From Candidatus Methylomirabilota bacterium (lineage in GTDB: Bacteria; Methylomirabilota; Methylomirabilia; Rokubacteriales; CSP1-6), in contig DASTYT010000130.1 in NCBI GenBank assembly GCA_035764725.1, positions 364 to 64,363 of the forward strand: DNA of 64,000 nt. The letters run 5' to 3'. Both the position numbers and the translations under genes were made by a program. How positions within the stretch are numbered: the first letter of the stretch is position 1; every line of letters begins with the position of its first letter. Shown here piece after piece: positions 1 through 7,923 of the stretch. The notes under the pieces are model-generated. The model was not told the DNA's origin and did not search any database. It saw nothing but the letters and a program-made list of their open reading frames with translations.

Positions 1-302
1 TCCACGTCGTTGAACTGGCGTCCGCGCGCCGCCGGCAGATCGGCGTGGAGATAGGCGGCCCCCTTGAGGAGCACGACGGGCAGCGGGGCGAGGACGCGGC
101 GGAGCCGCGTGACCTCCCAGCGGATCAGGCGATGGTGCAGCTCGACATCGGTGCGCGCCGCTTCCAGCCGCGTGCGCACGCGTAACGGAGCTCCCGCCAG
201 CACGCCGGCGTCGCGCGCGAGGGCCTCGAGCCGGGCCAGGAGACTGGCGTGGCGCGCCTGACGCAGGAGCACATCCCACTCCGCGGGGACGAGGCGCGCC
301 AT
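1..302 (-). CDS. nucleotidyltransferase-family protein ('uncharacterised nucleotidyltransferase' type), N-terminal ~100 aa only; gene runs off the window start
   Basis: Reverse translation from ATG (302-300) gives MARLVPAEWDVLLRQARHASLLARLEALARDAGVL...PVVLLKGAAYLHADLP. This is the N-terminal pattern I associate with the nucleotidyltransferase family that accompanies HprK-like kinase/PqqD pairs. An in-frame GTG at 350 is an alternative start. It is absent from the ORF track because it is truncated by the window edge. Confidence 0.5.
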   Translation of the reverse strand, partial: MARLVPAEWDVLLRQARHASLLARLEALARDAGVLAGAPLRVRTRLEAARTDVELHHRLIRWEVTRLRRVLAPLPVVLLKGAAYLHADLPAARGRQFNDV

Positions 303-393
303 CGACGTGGGCTCGCGTAGCAGGCGCGCCAGGGAGGCGGCGTCCGTCACGGGAGCGGACGGGCTCGCGACCGGCTACGGCGACGCGGAAAGG

Positions 394-1323
394 TCAGGCG
401 GTGGGCGTCGGAGGCGGCAGCGCGCCGAGGAGGCCCAGGGCATCGTCCAGGCTGGAGTACCTGAACTCGTAGGCGTCGCACTCGTCAATCATACGCGACA
501 GCGCGCGGAAGCCCCGAATCCCCAGCGACGGGTAGTTGAACGAGCAGTCGGCGAGCCGAAAGAACGCGCGGGCCTTCGGGACGCGGGTGAGCGACGGCGC
601 CGCCCCGGGGGCGAACACGGGGAACACGAGCCAGGCCGGCATCGCGGCCTCGTGCGCCTGCCGCACACTGTCCGCGGGCGGGCGGAGATGAGCCACCGTC
701 CCTTTGTTGGTGTTCGGGACCGGCGTGCTCATGTGGGCATCGGGCGCCCATCGGCGTATCAGCTCGATGGAGGTGTTCTTCAGGCTGATCGGCCGGGGCC
801 AGGGATCCAACGCGCCATCCCCGGGGCGGATCAGCGCGAACTCGTCCGAGAGGAGGCGCCACCCGCGCAGCGCCAGCCCCGCGCAGAGCGTGCTCTTCCC
901 CGCGCCGGAGACACCGGGCAGCACGAGGGCACGGCCGTCCCGCTCCAGCACCGCGGCATGGATCATCACGTACTGGTTCGCGCGCGTCGCCGCACACCAG
1001 TTGATGCTCCACTCGAGCATCGGCACCGCCATGTCGAGGGGCAAGGGCTCGAAGGGGCGATCCTCGTCGAGGATCACCGTGGCCTGCCGGCGCCACCAGC
1101 GCCGCATCCCGAGCGGACCGGAAGGACTCAGCACCACCACGTGGAAGTCCGCCAGCCCGCCCCCTTCGTCCAGGGGATAGTCGCGGTACAGGCCGTGCAC
1201 CTCGTCGACCAGGGCTGGGATGGGTGTCTCGATGCGCACGACGAAGGGGCCGGTGTCGAGGTCGAGCCCGCGACGCTCGAGGCGGGCGGCGAGGTCGCGG
1301 CGGTCGAGCTCCCCCAGCCTCAC
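394..1323 (-). CDS. HprK-related kinase (HPr kinase/phosphorylase-like P-loop protein, 'HprK-related kinase A' type)
   Basis: 309-aa ORF. Its GTG start overlaps the upstream stop (GTGA at 1320-1323). It has the P-loop LPGVSGAGKSTLCAGL in an HPr-kinase C-terminal-domain-like context. It is directly coupled to a PqqD-like ORF. Confidence 0.8.
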   Translation of the reverse strand: MRLGELDRRDLAARLERRGLDLDTGPFVVRIETPIPALVDEVHGLYRDYPLDEGGGLADFHVVVLSPSGPLGMRRWWRRQATVILDEDRPFEPLPLDMAVPMLEWSINWCAATRANQYVMIHAAVLERDGRALVLPGVSGAGKSTLCAGLALRGWRLLSDEFALIRPGDGALDPWPRPISLKNTSIELIRRWAPDAHMSTPVPNTNKGTVAHLRPPADSVRQAHEAAMPAWLVFPVFAPGAAPSLTRVPKARAFFRLADCSFNYPSLGIRGFRALSRMIDECDAYEFRYSSLDDALGLLGALPPPTPTA

Positions 1324-1637
1324 GCGGGAACCTCCTCGATCAGGCCGATCTCGCGGAATCGCTCGATCACCGCGCGCACATGCCCTTCGATTTCGGGGGC
1401 GGGGTCGGGCCCCAGGCGCGAGCCCACCCGTGCGACCAGGGAGGGCACGTCGGCGGGAAACTCCTCGAGCGCCTTCAGGATCTCGGCGGACAGGGCGTCG
1501 AGCAGATGCGTGTCGCCCGAGCCTTCATCGAAGACGACGAACTCATCGTCCCAGGACTTCCAGTGAAGGCGGGAGCCCTCGGAGAGCTCCCAGCGGACGG
1601 AGGCGGCGAGCGGCTCGGCTACGGCCCCTGGCTCCCG
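1320..1637 (-). CDS. PqqD-family peptide chaperone (RRE-like); start codon unresolved
   Basis: Open frame of 105 codons ending in TGA at 1320-1322: ..RWELSEGSRLHWKSWDDEFVVFDEGSGDTHLLDALSAEILKALEEFPADVPSLVARVGSRLG..VRAVIERFREIGLIEEVPA. This is the PqqD signature (W..WD.E.VVFD..SG.TH.L). There is no ATG/GTG/TTG upstream of the conserved part. The 5' limit of the frame is an in-frame TAA at 1638-1640. Confidence 0.6.
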   Translation of the reverse strand, partial: REPGAVAEPLAASVRWELSEGSRLHWKSWDDEFVVFDEGSGDTHLLDALSAEILKALEEFPADVPSLVARVGSRLGPDPAPEIEGHVRAVIERFREIGLIEEVPA

Positions 1638-1856
1638 TTACTTTGTCCGGGCGGCAGCGGGCTGCTGCGACATGTTGTGGGACAGCGAGCTACTGTTGGT
1701 CTCGGGACCTGCGAAGGCGGCCCGCGCCTTGATCGACATGATGATGGGGGCGGCGGCAGCGGCTGCCTTCAGGACACGTCGCCGACTGGGCGACTGCGCG
1801 ACGTCTTCCGCGCCTTTGCCCTGCGTCTCGTCCGGTCCTGGCTTGTTCTCGCTCAT
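1638..1856 (-). CDS. 72-aa peptide with twin-arginine (Tat-like) N-terminal region and a short Ser-rich C-terminal part; candidate substrate peptide
   Basis: ATG at 1856-1854 is preceded by GAGGAG about 8 nt upstream. Translation: MSENKPGPDETQGKGAEDVAQSPSRRRVLKAAAAAAPIIMSIKARAAFA/GPETNSSSLSHNMSQQPAAARTK. It has an SRRRVLK motif, a hydrophobic stretch and an AFA site. It ends with TAA, a stop codon I expect to be uncommon at this GC content. The 112-aa ORF-track version (to 1976) is probably a 5' over-extension. Confidence 0.45.
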   Translation of the reverse strand: MSENKPGPDETQGKGAEDVAQSPSRRRVLKAAAAAAPIIMSIKARAAFAGPETNSSSLSHNMSQQPAAARTK

Positions 1857-2175
1857 CGGTCGGGCTCCTCGGTCCTCATTGGGGATCGACCCCGGGATCG
1901 TGCCAGTTACACTACTCCCGCGGCATCCGGGATAAGTGCACGTTCCGTGCTCAGATTGGCTTTTGTTACTTTTCAACTACTTAAGGCCATGCACCGGCTG
2001 CACGCCCTACGAAAAGTCAAGCTTCCCGACACTTCCGCGTGGCAAATCTTCCCTAACGGCAGCGGGCCGGGGTAGGTCCTCAGGAGGCGCCAGCGAAGCT
2101 CTTCCCTTGCCCTCCCGATATCTGCTATTCCATACTCCTACTGCCCGGGTCAACTCCGCAGGGCTGGAGGACACC

Positions 2176-3168
2176 ATGAACCGCCGCTGCACCATCGCAC
2201 TGCTTGTTGCCCTTGTCCTGATCCTCACCGGGGTTGGCGTCGCGCGCGCGGCCGGCGAGCTCGGTCTGGCGACGGGAGGCGAGCGCGGCACGTACTACCA
2301 GTTCGGGCTCAATCTCCAGAAACTCGTCAAGGACAAGGGGATCGATCTCTCCGTCTACACGTCCAAGGGGTCGATCGAGAACGTCTACGCGGTCTACCAG
2401 AAGCCGAACACCCAGATGGGGATCGTGCAATCCGACGTCCTGGCCTTCGTGGCCCGCGTGCAGTCCGACCCAGTGCTCAAGCGGATCGCGAAGAAGACCA
2501 AGATGGTCTTCCCCCTCTACAACGAAGAAATCCACCTGCTCGGCCGGAAGGGGATCACGGACTTCGACGACCTGACGGACCGCCGGGTCGCTATCGGCCG
2601 CGAGGGTAGTGGCACCTATCTTACCGCGCGGCTGCTCTTCAAGGTGTCCGAGGTGCAGCCCAAGGAGATGGTGCTGATCGACACGGACGAGGCGCTCACC
2701 GCGCTCAAGGAAGGGCGCGTCGACGCGATGTTCTACGTGGCGGGCTACCCCGTGAAGCTGTTCAGCGAGGGCGTCAGCCAGGCCGACAACCTCGCGCTGG
2801 TCCCCATCACGAACAAGAGCATCACCGAGTTCTATCCGCGGTCCGAGATACCCGCCGGCACCTATCCCTGGCAGCCGCAGGCGCTCTCGACGGTCGCGGT
2901 CAAGGCGGTGCTCATCTCCTTCGACTTCCGCCGCCGCGACTGTGATCTGGTGGGGCAGTTCGCCCAGACGGTGTCCGCCAACCTGCCGTGGCTCGTGAAG
3001 AACGGCCATCCGAAGTGGAAGTCGGTGGATCTCGACGCGCCGCTGCGCGGCTGGGAGCAGTACGACTGCGTCGCGAAGTACCTCCGCAAGCCCGGGCAGC
3101 CCGCCGCCGCGAAGGCGACCGGCGGGAATCCGGTCATGGACGCCATCAAGGAGATGCTCAACGAGTGA
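2176..3168 (+). CDS. TAXI-family TRAP transporter solute-binding protein (orphan; no TRAP permease adjacent)
   Basis: ATG at 2176 follows GGAGG. Signal peptide MNRRCTIALLVALVLILTGVGVARA. Mature part GGERGTYYQFG..SKGSIENV..GIVQSDV.. is typical of TAXI/NMT1-like receptors. The ORF-track start at 1936 is rejected as a 5' extension. Confidence 0.8.
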   Translation: MNRRCTIALLVALVLILTGVGVARAAGELGLATGGERGTYYQFGLNLQKLVKDKGIDLSVYTSKGSIENVYAVYQKPNTQMGIVQSDVLAFVARVQSDPVLKRIAKKTKMVFPLYNEEIHLLGRKGITDFDDLTDRRVAIGREGSGTYLTARLLFKVSEVQPKEMVLIDTDEALTALKEGRVDAMFYVAGYPVKLFSEGVSQADNLALVPITNKSITEFYPRSEIPAGTYPWQPQALSTVAVKAVLISFDFRRRDCDLVGQFAQTVSANLPWLVKNGHPKWKSVDLDAPLRGWEQYDCVAKYLRKPGQPAAAKATGGNPVMDAIKEMLNE

Positions 3169-3277
3169 CAATGGCGACCTGACGCCGCGCCGGATCCGAC
3201 TCGCGGATCTACGGTCGGCGGGCGCGCTCGGCCCCTTCCGGGCCGTCGCGACCCTGAACGCCTGGGGCACAGATTCA

Positions 3278-4762
3278 TTGTTCCTGGCTGAGCGTATGAC
3301 CGGGGGTGACCGCGTGGCCGTGCGCATGCTGGAAGGCGGCGGGAACGGCCGCGACGATTCCCTGCTCGAGTCGCTCCGCGAGCACGTGGTGCGGGTCGGC
3401 GCGCTGAGCGCGCGGTGCCCGGCGATCGCGTCCCTCCACGAATGTGGCCGCGCCGAGGGCGGCGGCATCTACCTGGCGCTCGAGCATCCCGAGGCGCCGA
3501 CGCTGGCCGAGGTGCTCCAGCGCGAGGGGCAGCTCGATCCCAATCGTGCGGTGCGGCTCACTGTGCGCGTCGCCGAGGCGCTCGAGTCCGCGCACATGCT
3601 GGGGATCGCGCACGGCGGGCTCATGCCCCGGAACATCGTCCTGGGCGAGAACGAGTCGGTGAAGCTCACCGAGTTCGGCGTGGACTGGCTGCGTACGCGC
3701 GCCCGCGGCGCCGACGTCAACGGTGCGGGGGCCTCCCCTTATCTCGCCCCCGAGCAGCGGGCTTCGGGCGAGGCCTCCCCGCAGGCCGACGTCTACGCCG
3801 TCGGCGCCATCCTCTACGAGACCCTCGCCGGCCGGCCGCCGGAGCTGCAGTCGCCGTCGCGGCGCCGGGCCTCGATCCAGCCGCTCCGCAAGCTGCGTCC
3901 GGACGTCTCGCCCTCGCTCGAGCACGTCGTCACGCGCGCGCTCGAGCCCGATCCCGAACGCCGCTACCGAGACATGACCGATCTCTTCAACGAGCTCTGG
4001 AGCGAGATCAGCCCGTTCTCGGGCTCGAAGCCGGCCGGGCACGGTGCGCGAGTGCGTCGCGCGGACGGGAAGCGGACGCGTCTGATCGCGGTGGGAATCG
4101 TGGTCGGCGCCATCGCGGCCATCGCGCTCCTCAGCCGGCTGCTCGTGGCCGGGCCGCCCGCGCTCGTGTCGCCCGCGCGTCAGCCGGCGCCGCTGCCCGA
4201 GGTCGCCTCGCCCGCGCCGACGGCGCCGGCGCCTTCGATCGTGAGCGAGCCCGAACGTGTAGCCCCCGAGGCGCCGCCGCCCGCCGTGGCTACAACACCG
4301 CCCGCCATGGTCACGCCGCCGCCGCCCGTGGTCACGCCGCCGCCCGTGGTCACGCCGCCGCCCACCGTGGTCACGCCACCCCCCGTGGTCACGCCACCCC
4401 CCGTGGTCACGCCGCCGTCGCGCGTGGCTGCGCCAACGCCCGCGGTCACGCCGCCGCCCCCAGTGGTCGCGGCGCCGCGGCCCGAGGCGGTCCCGCCACC
4501 CCCGTCTTCACGCCCCGTGGCCCCGCGACCCACGCCGCCGGTGGCCCGCTCGGTCGTCGAGGCACCACGGCCGGCACCGCCTGCCTCTCAACAGGAGAAG
4601 CCGATCCGACCCGCGCCGCGCCCCGCGGAGACGCCGTCGCCCCCCGTCCCCGCCCCTGCCGTAGCGCTTCCCACCGCGCCTGCGGGTGCGCGTAACGCCG
4701 GCGAGGACGGTGGCGCCATCATCGACTGGCTCCTGAAGGAAAGCTCGAGCACGCGGCGCTAG
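3278..4762 (+). CDS. membrane-anchored Ser/Thr-kinase-like pseudokinase with a Pro-rich extracytoplasmic tail
   Basis: Hanks-type kinase fold signatures are retained (SPYLAPEQ, DVYAVGAILYETLAGRPP, DPERRY). Catalytic residues are replaced: VAIK->VAVR (R16), HRDLKPxN->HGGLMPRN (112-119), DFG->EFG (132-134). No Gly-rich loop is present. One TM segment (LIAVGIVVGAIAAIALLSRLLVAG) is followed by about 200 aa of Pro/Ala/Val-rich sequence. The start is TTG. Confidence 0.75.
   Translation: MFLAERMTGGDRVAVRMLEGGGNGRDDSLLESLREHVVRVGALSARCPAIASLHECGRAEGGGIYLALEHPEAPTLAEVLQREGQLDPNRAVRLTVRVAEALESAHMLGIAHGGLMPRNIVLGENESVKLTEFGVDWLRTRARGADVNGAGASPYLAPEQRASGEASPQADVYAVGAILYETLAGRPPELQSPSRRRASIQPLRKLRPDVSPSLEHVVTRALEPDPERRYRDMTDLFNELWSEISPFSGSKPAGHGARVRRADGKRTRLIAVGIVVGAIAAIALLSRLLVAGPPALVSPARQPAPLPEVASPAPTAPAPSIVSEPERVAPEAPPPAVATTPPAMVTPPPPVVTPPPVVTPPPTVVTPPPVVTPPPVVTPPSRVAAPTPAVTPPPPVVAAPRPEAVPPPPSSRPVAPRPTPPVARSVVEAPRPAPPASQQEKPIRPAPRPAETPSPPVPAPAVALPTAPAGARNAGEDGGAIIDWLLKESSSTRR
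4307..4475 (+). repeat. in-frame tandem repeat (18-21 nt units, GTGGTCACGCCGCCGCCC-like) encoding (V)VTPPP(P) units
   Basis: Read directly from the sequence: atggtcacgccgccgccgcccgtg gtcacgccgccgcccgtg gtcacgccgccgcccaccgtg gtcacgccaccccccgtg gtcacgccaccccccgtg gtcacgccgccg... It translates to MVTPPPPVVTPPPVVTPPPTVVTPPPVVTPPPVVTPP. Confidence 0.9.
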
Positions 4763-4780
4763 CGCCCGCGCCCGCCGCGG

Positions 4781-5845
4781 TCAGCGCGCGCGGGTGTCCG
4801 CCTCGCGGATGAAGCGCTCGAAGGGGCCGGACACCCGCACCACCTCGTTCACCGGCCAGGCCCCGCGCGTCACCGTTACCATCAGCAGGTCGCCGGCGAT
4901 GCCGGCGCGACGCGTCTCCGGGGTCACGGGAACGAAGGCGAGCGAGCGCGGAGCGTCGCCTTCGGCGAAGCGAGCGAAGTCGGCCTGCTGCCCGTCGGGC
5001 CCCAGCGCGAAGACGCGGCCGCCCTGGCGGTCGGCCACGAAGAGCCAGTCGCCGGGCCCGATGGTCATCCCGGCCGCCACCGGCCCCCGCAGGACCAGCA
5101 CGCTCTGCCCGTCGGGCCGCATGCGCCAGAACTCACCCGGCCCTCGCTGCCACGGCGCTTCCGCCGAGCCGTCCGCCGCAATCCAGATGTCCTCGGCGCC
5201 TGCCGCGAGCAGTCGTGGGCGCGCCACCTGCACGACGCTCGTGTCGAGCACCGCGCCCTGGGCGTCGAGGCGCACCACCGTTCCCTGGACGCGATCGGCG
5301 ACGAGAAGCGCCCCTCGCGCGTCCACCGCCACACCTTCCGGTTGCTTGAAGAGCGGCGCGGTGCCGCGTGGCGGGGTCCCCCCGGCCAGGAGCTCCGCGC
5401 GTCCGTCGACCAGGCGGTAGAGCACGCCCACCGCGCGATCGCGGTCGAACGTTGTCAGGAGGAGCTCGCGGCCCTCGCGGACGACACCGACCTGCGGGTT
5501 GGGAAGCGGAGGCCCGATCTGAAAGCGCGCCTCGCTCTGCGGCGTGAGGCGGGCGCCGCCGGGAGGAATGCGATACAGCCGCGTGAGGTCGTCGGTCTCG
5601 CCGCCGGAATACCGGCGGCCGCTGCGCGCCAGGTAGAGCACGCCATCCGCGTCGACCGTCAGCGTGGTGGTCGACGGAATGCCGGGCAACCCGCGCCACG
5701 TGTCGGTGGAGAAGCCCTCGCCGGTCACGTAGGTCTGCGCCGAAAAGCCGGGCGGCAGCGTGAACTCCGCGGCGGCGGCGGGAGCGACGAGCGCGAGCGC
5801 CGCGAGCAGGACGGACGTCAGAGCCGCGCGTGTGGGCGCTCGCAT
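4781..5845 (-). CDS. secreted beta-propeller protein (NHL / SMP-30-gluconolactonase-like repeats)
   Basis: Internal ATG at 5845 gives the signal peptide MRAPTRAALTSVLLAALALVAPAAAAE. Repeated blades are visible: ..GVLYLARSG.., ..GALLVADRVQGTVVRLD.., ..DWLFVADRQGGRVFALG... The 5' part of the 514-aa ORF-track entry is antisense to the yqeY-like gene and is rejected. Confidence 0.6.
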   Translation of the reverse strand: MRAPTRAALTSVLLAALALVAPAAAAEFTLPPGFSAQTYVTGEGFSTDTWRGLPGIPSTTTLTVDADGVLYLARSGRRYSGGETDDLTRLYRIPPGGARLTPQSEARFQIGPPLPNPQVGVVREGRELLLTTFDRDRAVGVLYRLVDGRAELLAGGTPPRGTAPLFKQPEGVAVDARGALLVADRVQGTVVRLDAQGAVLDTSVVQVARPRLLAAGAEDIWIAADGSAEAPWQRGPGEFWRMRPDGQSVLVLRGPVAAGMTIGPGDWLFVADRQGGRVFALGPDGQQADFARFAEGDAPRSLAFVPVTPETRRAGIAGDLLMVTVTRGAWPVNEVVRVSGPFERFIREADTRAR

Positions 5846-5926
5846 GGACGGATGAGACCATGTGGTCGCGGAGCACGCAAGACCCCGCCGCTCGGCGGGC
5901 CGGCGCAGGATGATAGGATGTCGCGC

Positions 5927-6391
5927 ATGGGACTCGAGCAGCAGCTCACCGACACGCTGACCAAGGCCATCAAGGACAAGGACCTGCGCACCGCGGACGC
6001 CGTACGGATGCTCAAGACCAAGCTGCAGGAGCGGCGGACGGCCAAGGGCTTCTCGGGCACGGTGGACGACGCGCTCGTCCTGGACGTGATCGGGGCCTAC
6101 CGCAAGCAGCTCCAGAAGGCGGTCGCGGAATACGACAAGCTCGGCGAGCGCGGAGCCGCCCAGGCCGCGCAGCTCCGCTTCGAGATCGAGCTCTGCGAGC
6201 GCTATCTGCCCCGCGGGATGGACGAAGGAGCCCTGCGCGCGCTGGTGGGGGAGCGCATCGCCGCCCTCGGCATCACCGATCCGAAGCAGGCGGGCCGCCT
6301 CGTCGGCGACGTGATGAAGAGCCACAAGGGCCAGGTCGAGGCCGGCGACGTGAAGCGGATCGCCGAGGAGCTCCTTGGAGGAGGCGCGTGA
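5927..6391 (+). CDS. GatB/YqeY domain-containing protein
   Basis: MGLEQQLTDTLTKAIKDKDLRTADAVRMLKTKLQERR...ELCERYLP..LVGDVMKSHKGQVEAGDVKRIAEELL matches the YqeY family pattern. ATG at 5918 is an alternative start. The stop overlaps the next start (TGATG). Confidence 0.8.
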   Translation: MGLEQQLTDTLTKAIKDKDLRTADAVRMLKTKLQERRTAKGFSGTVDDALVLDVIGAYRKQLQKAVAEYDKLGERGAAQAAQLRFEIELCERYLPRGMDEGALRALVGERIAALGITDPKQAGRLVGDVMKSHKGQVEAGDVKRIAEELLGGGA

Positions 6392-7680
6392 TGAACGGAG
6401 TGACGCTGCCGACCGAGACCGTGTTCGTGATGGAGATGTCGCCGATCAAGTTCGGCCTGGGGGCGATGGACGAGATCGGTTTCGATGCCGCGCGCCTCGG
6501 ACTCAGGAAGGCACTGGTCTTCACCGACCGCAACCTGGCCGCCGCGGGGCTCCCCGACCGCGTGCGCGCGCTCCTCGAGGAGCAGGGCATCAAAGCCGAC
6601 GTCTACGACGGCGTCGAGGTGGAGCCGAGCGACCGGTCCATGGAGGACGCGGCGGAGTACGCGCGGACCAAGGAGTTCGACGGCCTCGTGGCGGTGGGCG
6701 GCGGTAGCACCATCGATACGTGCAAGGCCGCCAACCTCCTCACCTGCTACCCCGCGCCGCTGCTCGACTACATCAACAAGCCGGTCGGCAAGGGCGTGGC
6801 GGTGCCCGGCCCGCTCAAGCCGCTCATCGCGGTGCCGACCACCGCGGGCACGGGCAGCGAGACCACGGCGGTCGCGGTCACTCACGTCATCGACCAGAAC
6901 GTGAAGGCGGGGGTGTCGCACCGGCTGCTCCGGCCCGCGCTGGGCGTGGTCGACCCCCTCAACACCGTGACCGCGCCCCCGGAGGTCACCGCGGCGGCGG
7001 GCGCGGACATCCTCACCCACGCCATCGAGTCCTACACGACGCGCCCGTACAACGCGCGCGCCAAGCATCATCCGCCCGACCGGCCCGCCTACATCGGCGC
7101 CAACCCGGCCAGCGACGTCTGGTGCGAGAAGGCGATCGATTACGTCGCCCGCTACCTGCGGCGCGCCGTGCTGAACGGGCTCGACCTGGAGGCGCGCGTC
7201 AACCTGGCGCTCGCCGCCAACTACGCGGGAATCGGCTTCGGGAACGCGGGCGTCCACATCCCGCACGCCCTCGCCTACCCGATCGCCGGGCTCGTGCGCG
7301 ACTACGTGCCACCGGGCTATCGCACGCGTCACGCGATGGTGCCGCACGGTATGGCGGTGATCCTCACCGCGCCGTCCGCCTTCCGCTTCACGTACACGAG
7401 CGCGACGGAGCGCCATCTCCGCGCCGCCGAGCTGATGGGCGTGCCCGTGAGCGGGCTCTCCGAGGCCGAGCGGCGGGAGGCGCTGCCCCGGGCCCTGATC
7501 TCGCTCATGCGCGACACCGGCATCCCGAACGGGCTGAACGCGGTGGGCTACACCGAGCGCGACATCCCCGCGCTGGTGGAGGGCACGCTGAAGCAGCCGC
7601 GCCTGCTCGCGGGCGCGCCGCGCTCGGTAGGCTCGGCCGATCTGGAATGGATCCTGCGGGACTCGATGCGGCTCTGGTAG
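6391..7680 (+). CDS. iron-containing alcohol dehydrogenase, hydroxyacid-oxoacid transhydrogenase (ADHFE1)-like
   Basis: [33 protein letters not shown] and [11 protein letters not shown] motifs of group III Fe-ADHs. The long insertion around [19 protein letters not shown] is as in the HOT subfamily. Confidence 0.8.
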   Translation: MNGVTLPTETVFVMEMSPIKFGLGAMDEIGFDAARLGLRKALVFTDRNLAAAGLPDRVRALLEEQGIKADVYDGVEVEPSDRSMEDAAEYARTKEFDGLVAVGGGSTIDTCKAANLLTCYPAPLLDYINKPVGKGVAVPGPLKPLIAVPTTAGTGSETTAVAVTHVIDQNVKAGVSHRLLRPALGVVDPLNTVTAPPEVTAAAGADILTHAIESYTTRPYNARAKHHPPDRPAYIGANPASDVWCEKAIDYVARYLRRAVLNGLDLEARVNLALAANYAGIGFGNAGVHIPHALAYPIAGLVRDYVPPGYRTRHAMVPHGMAVILTAPSAFRFTYTSATERHLRAAELMGVPVSGLSEAERREALPRALISLMRDTGIPNGLNAVGYTERDIPALVEGTLKQPRLLAGAPRSVGSADLEWILRDSMRLW

Positions 7681-7727
7681 GGGAGAACGACCCCGGGCCG
7701 GCGCTGAGCGCCGACCCGGGACTGGCC

Positions 7728-7910
7728 CTAGCGGCCGAACTGGAGCTCGATCCAGCGCGGCGTCCGCGCCGGCTGGCTCGTCTTCGTGGCGCGCTCGTGC
7801 TCCGGCTCCGCCGTCGCCGCCTCGATCGCCGCGAGCCGCGCGGCCTCCGCGCGCCGCTCGCCCAGCCAGACCTCCACCAGTTTCTCGAGCACGTACGTGT
7901 TCACGTACAT
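7728..7910 (-). CDS. hypothetical small protein (60 aa)
   Basis: ATG at 7910 is preceded by GAGGAGAG. It lies 13 nt downstream of the preceding ORF, so the two are probably co-transcribed. No family recognised. Confidence 0.5.
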   Translation of the reverse strand: MYVNTYVLEKLVEVWLGERRAEAARLAAIEAATAEPEHERATKTSQPARTPRWIELQFGR

Positions 7911-7923
7911 GGTCTCTCCTCGC

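Noticed and set aside
307-1566. 419-aa plus-strand ORF (and the overlapping 1220-1732 and 1224-2075 ORFs)
   Set aside because: It is Arg/Gly/Ala/Pro-rich and low-complexity, and it lies antisense to the well-supported HprK-like and PqqD-like genes. This is a typical GC-driven shadow ORF.
1-1856. Calling the HprK/PqqD locus a lasso-peptide cluster
   Set aside because: No asparagine-synthetase-like cyclase or transglutaminase-like leader protease is visible in the window. The candidate peptide has no obvious Gly/Asp-Glu ring-forming spacing. Only the chaperone and kinase parallel is retained.
1899-1915. Possible sigma-54 promoter (CTGGCACGATCCCGGGG on the minus strand) upstream of the small peptide gene
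   Set aside because: The -24 TGGCAC element matches. The -12 position has GG instead of the GC of TTGC at the required GG-N10-GC spacing. No enhancer-binding protein gene is nearby.
2125-3468. 447-aa minus-strand ORF opposite the TAXI gene
   Set aside because: It has no family signature and an Arg/Pro-rich composition. The plus-strand TAXI protein has a signal peptide, an SD and family motifs.
4307-4475. Regularly spaced short repeats that could suggest a CRISPR array
   Set aside because: The units are contiguous, with no unique spacers. They are in frame within a coding sequence and encode a Pro-rich peptide repeat. No cas genes are present.
3415-4695. 426-aa plus-strand ORF in an alternative frame of the pseudokinase gene
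   Set aside because: It is extreme Arg/Ala/Gly low-complexity sequence. The other frame contains recognisable kinase subdomains and a TM helix.
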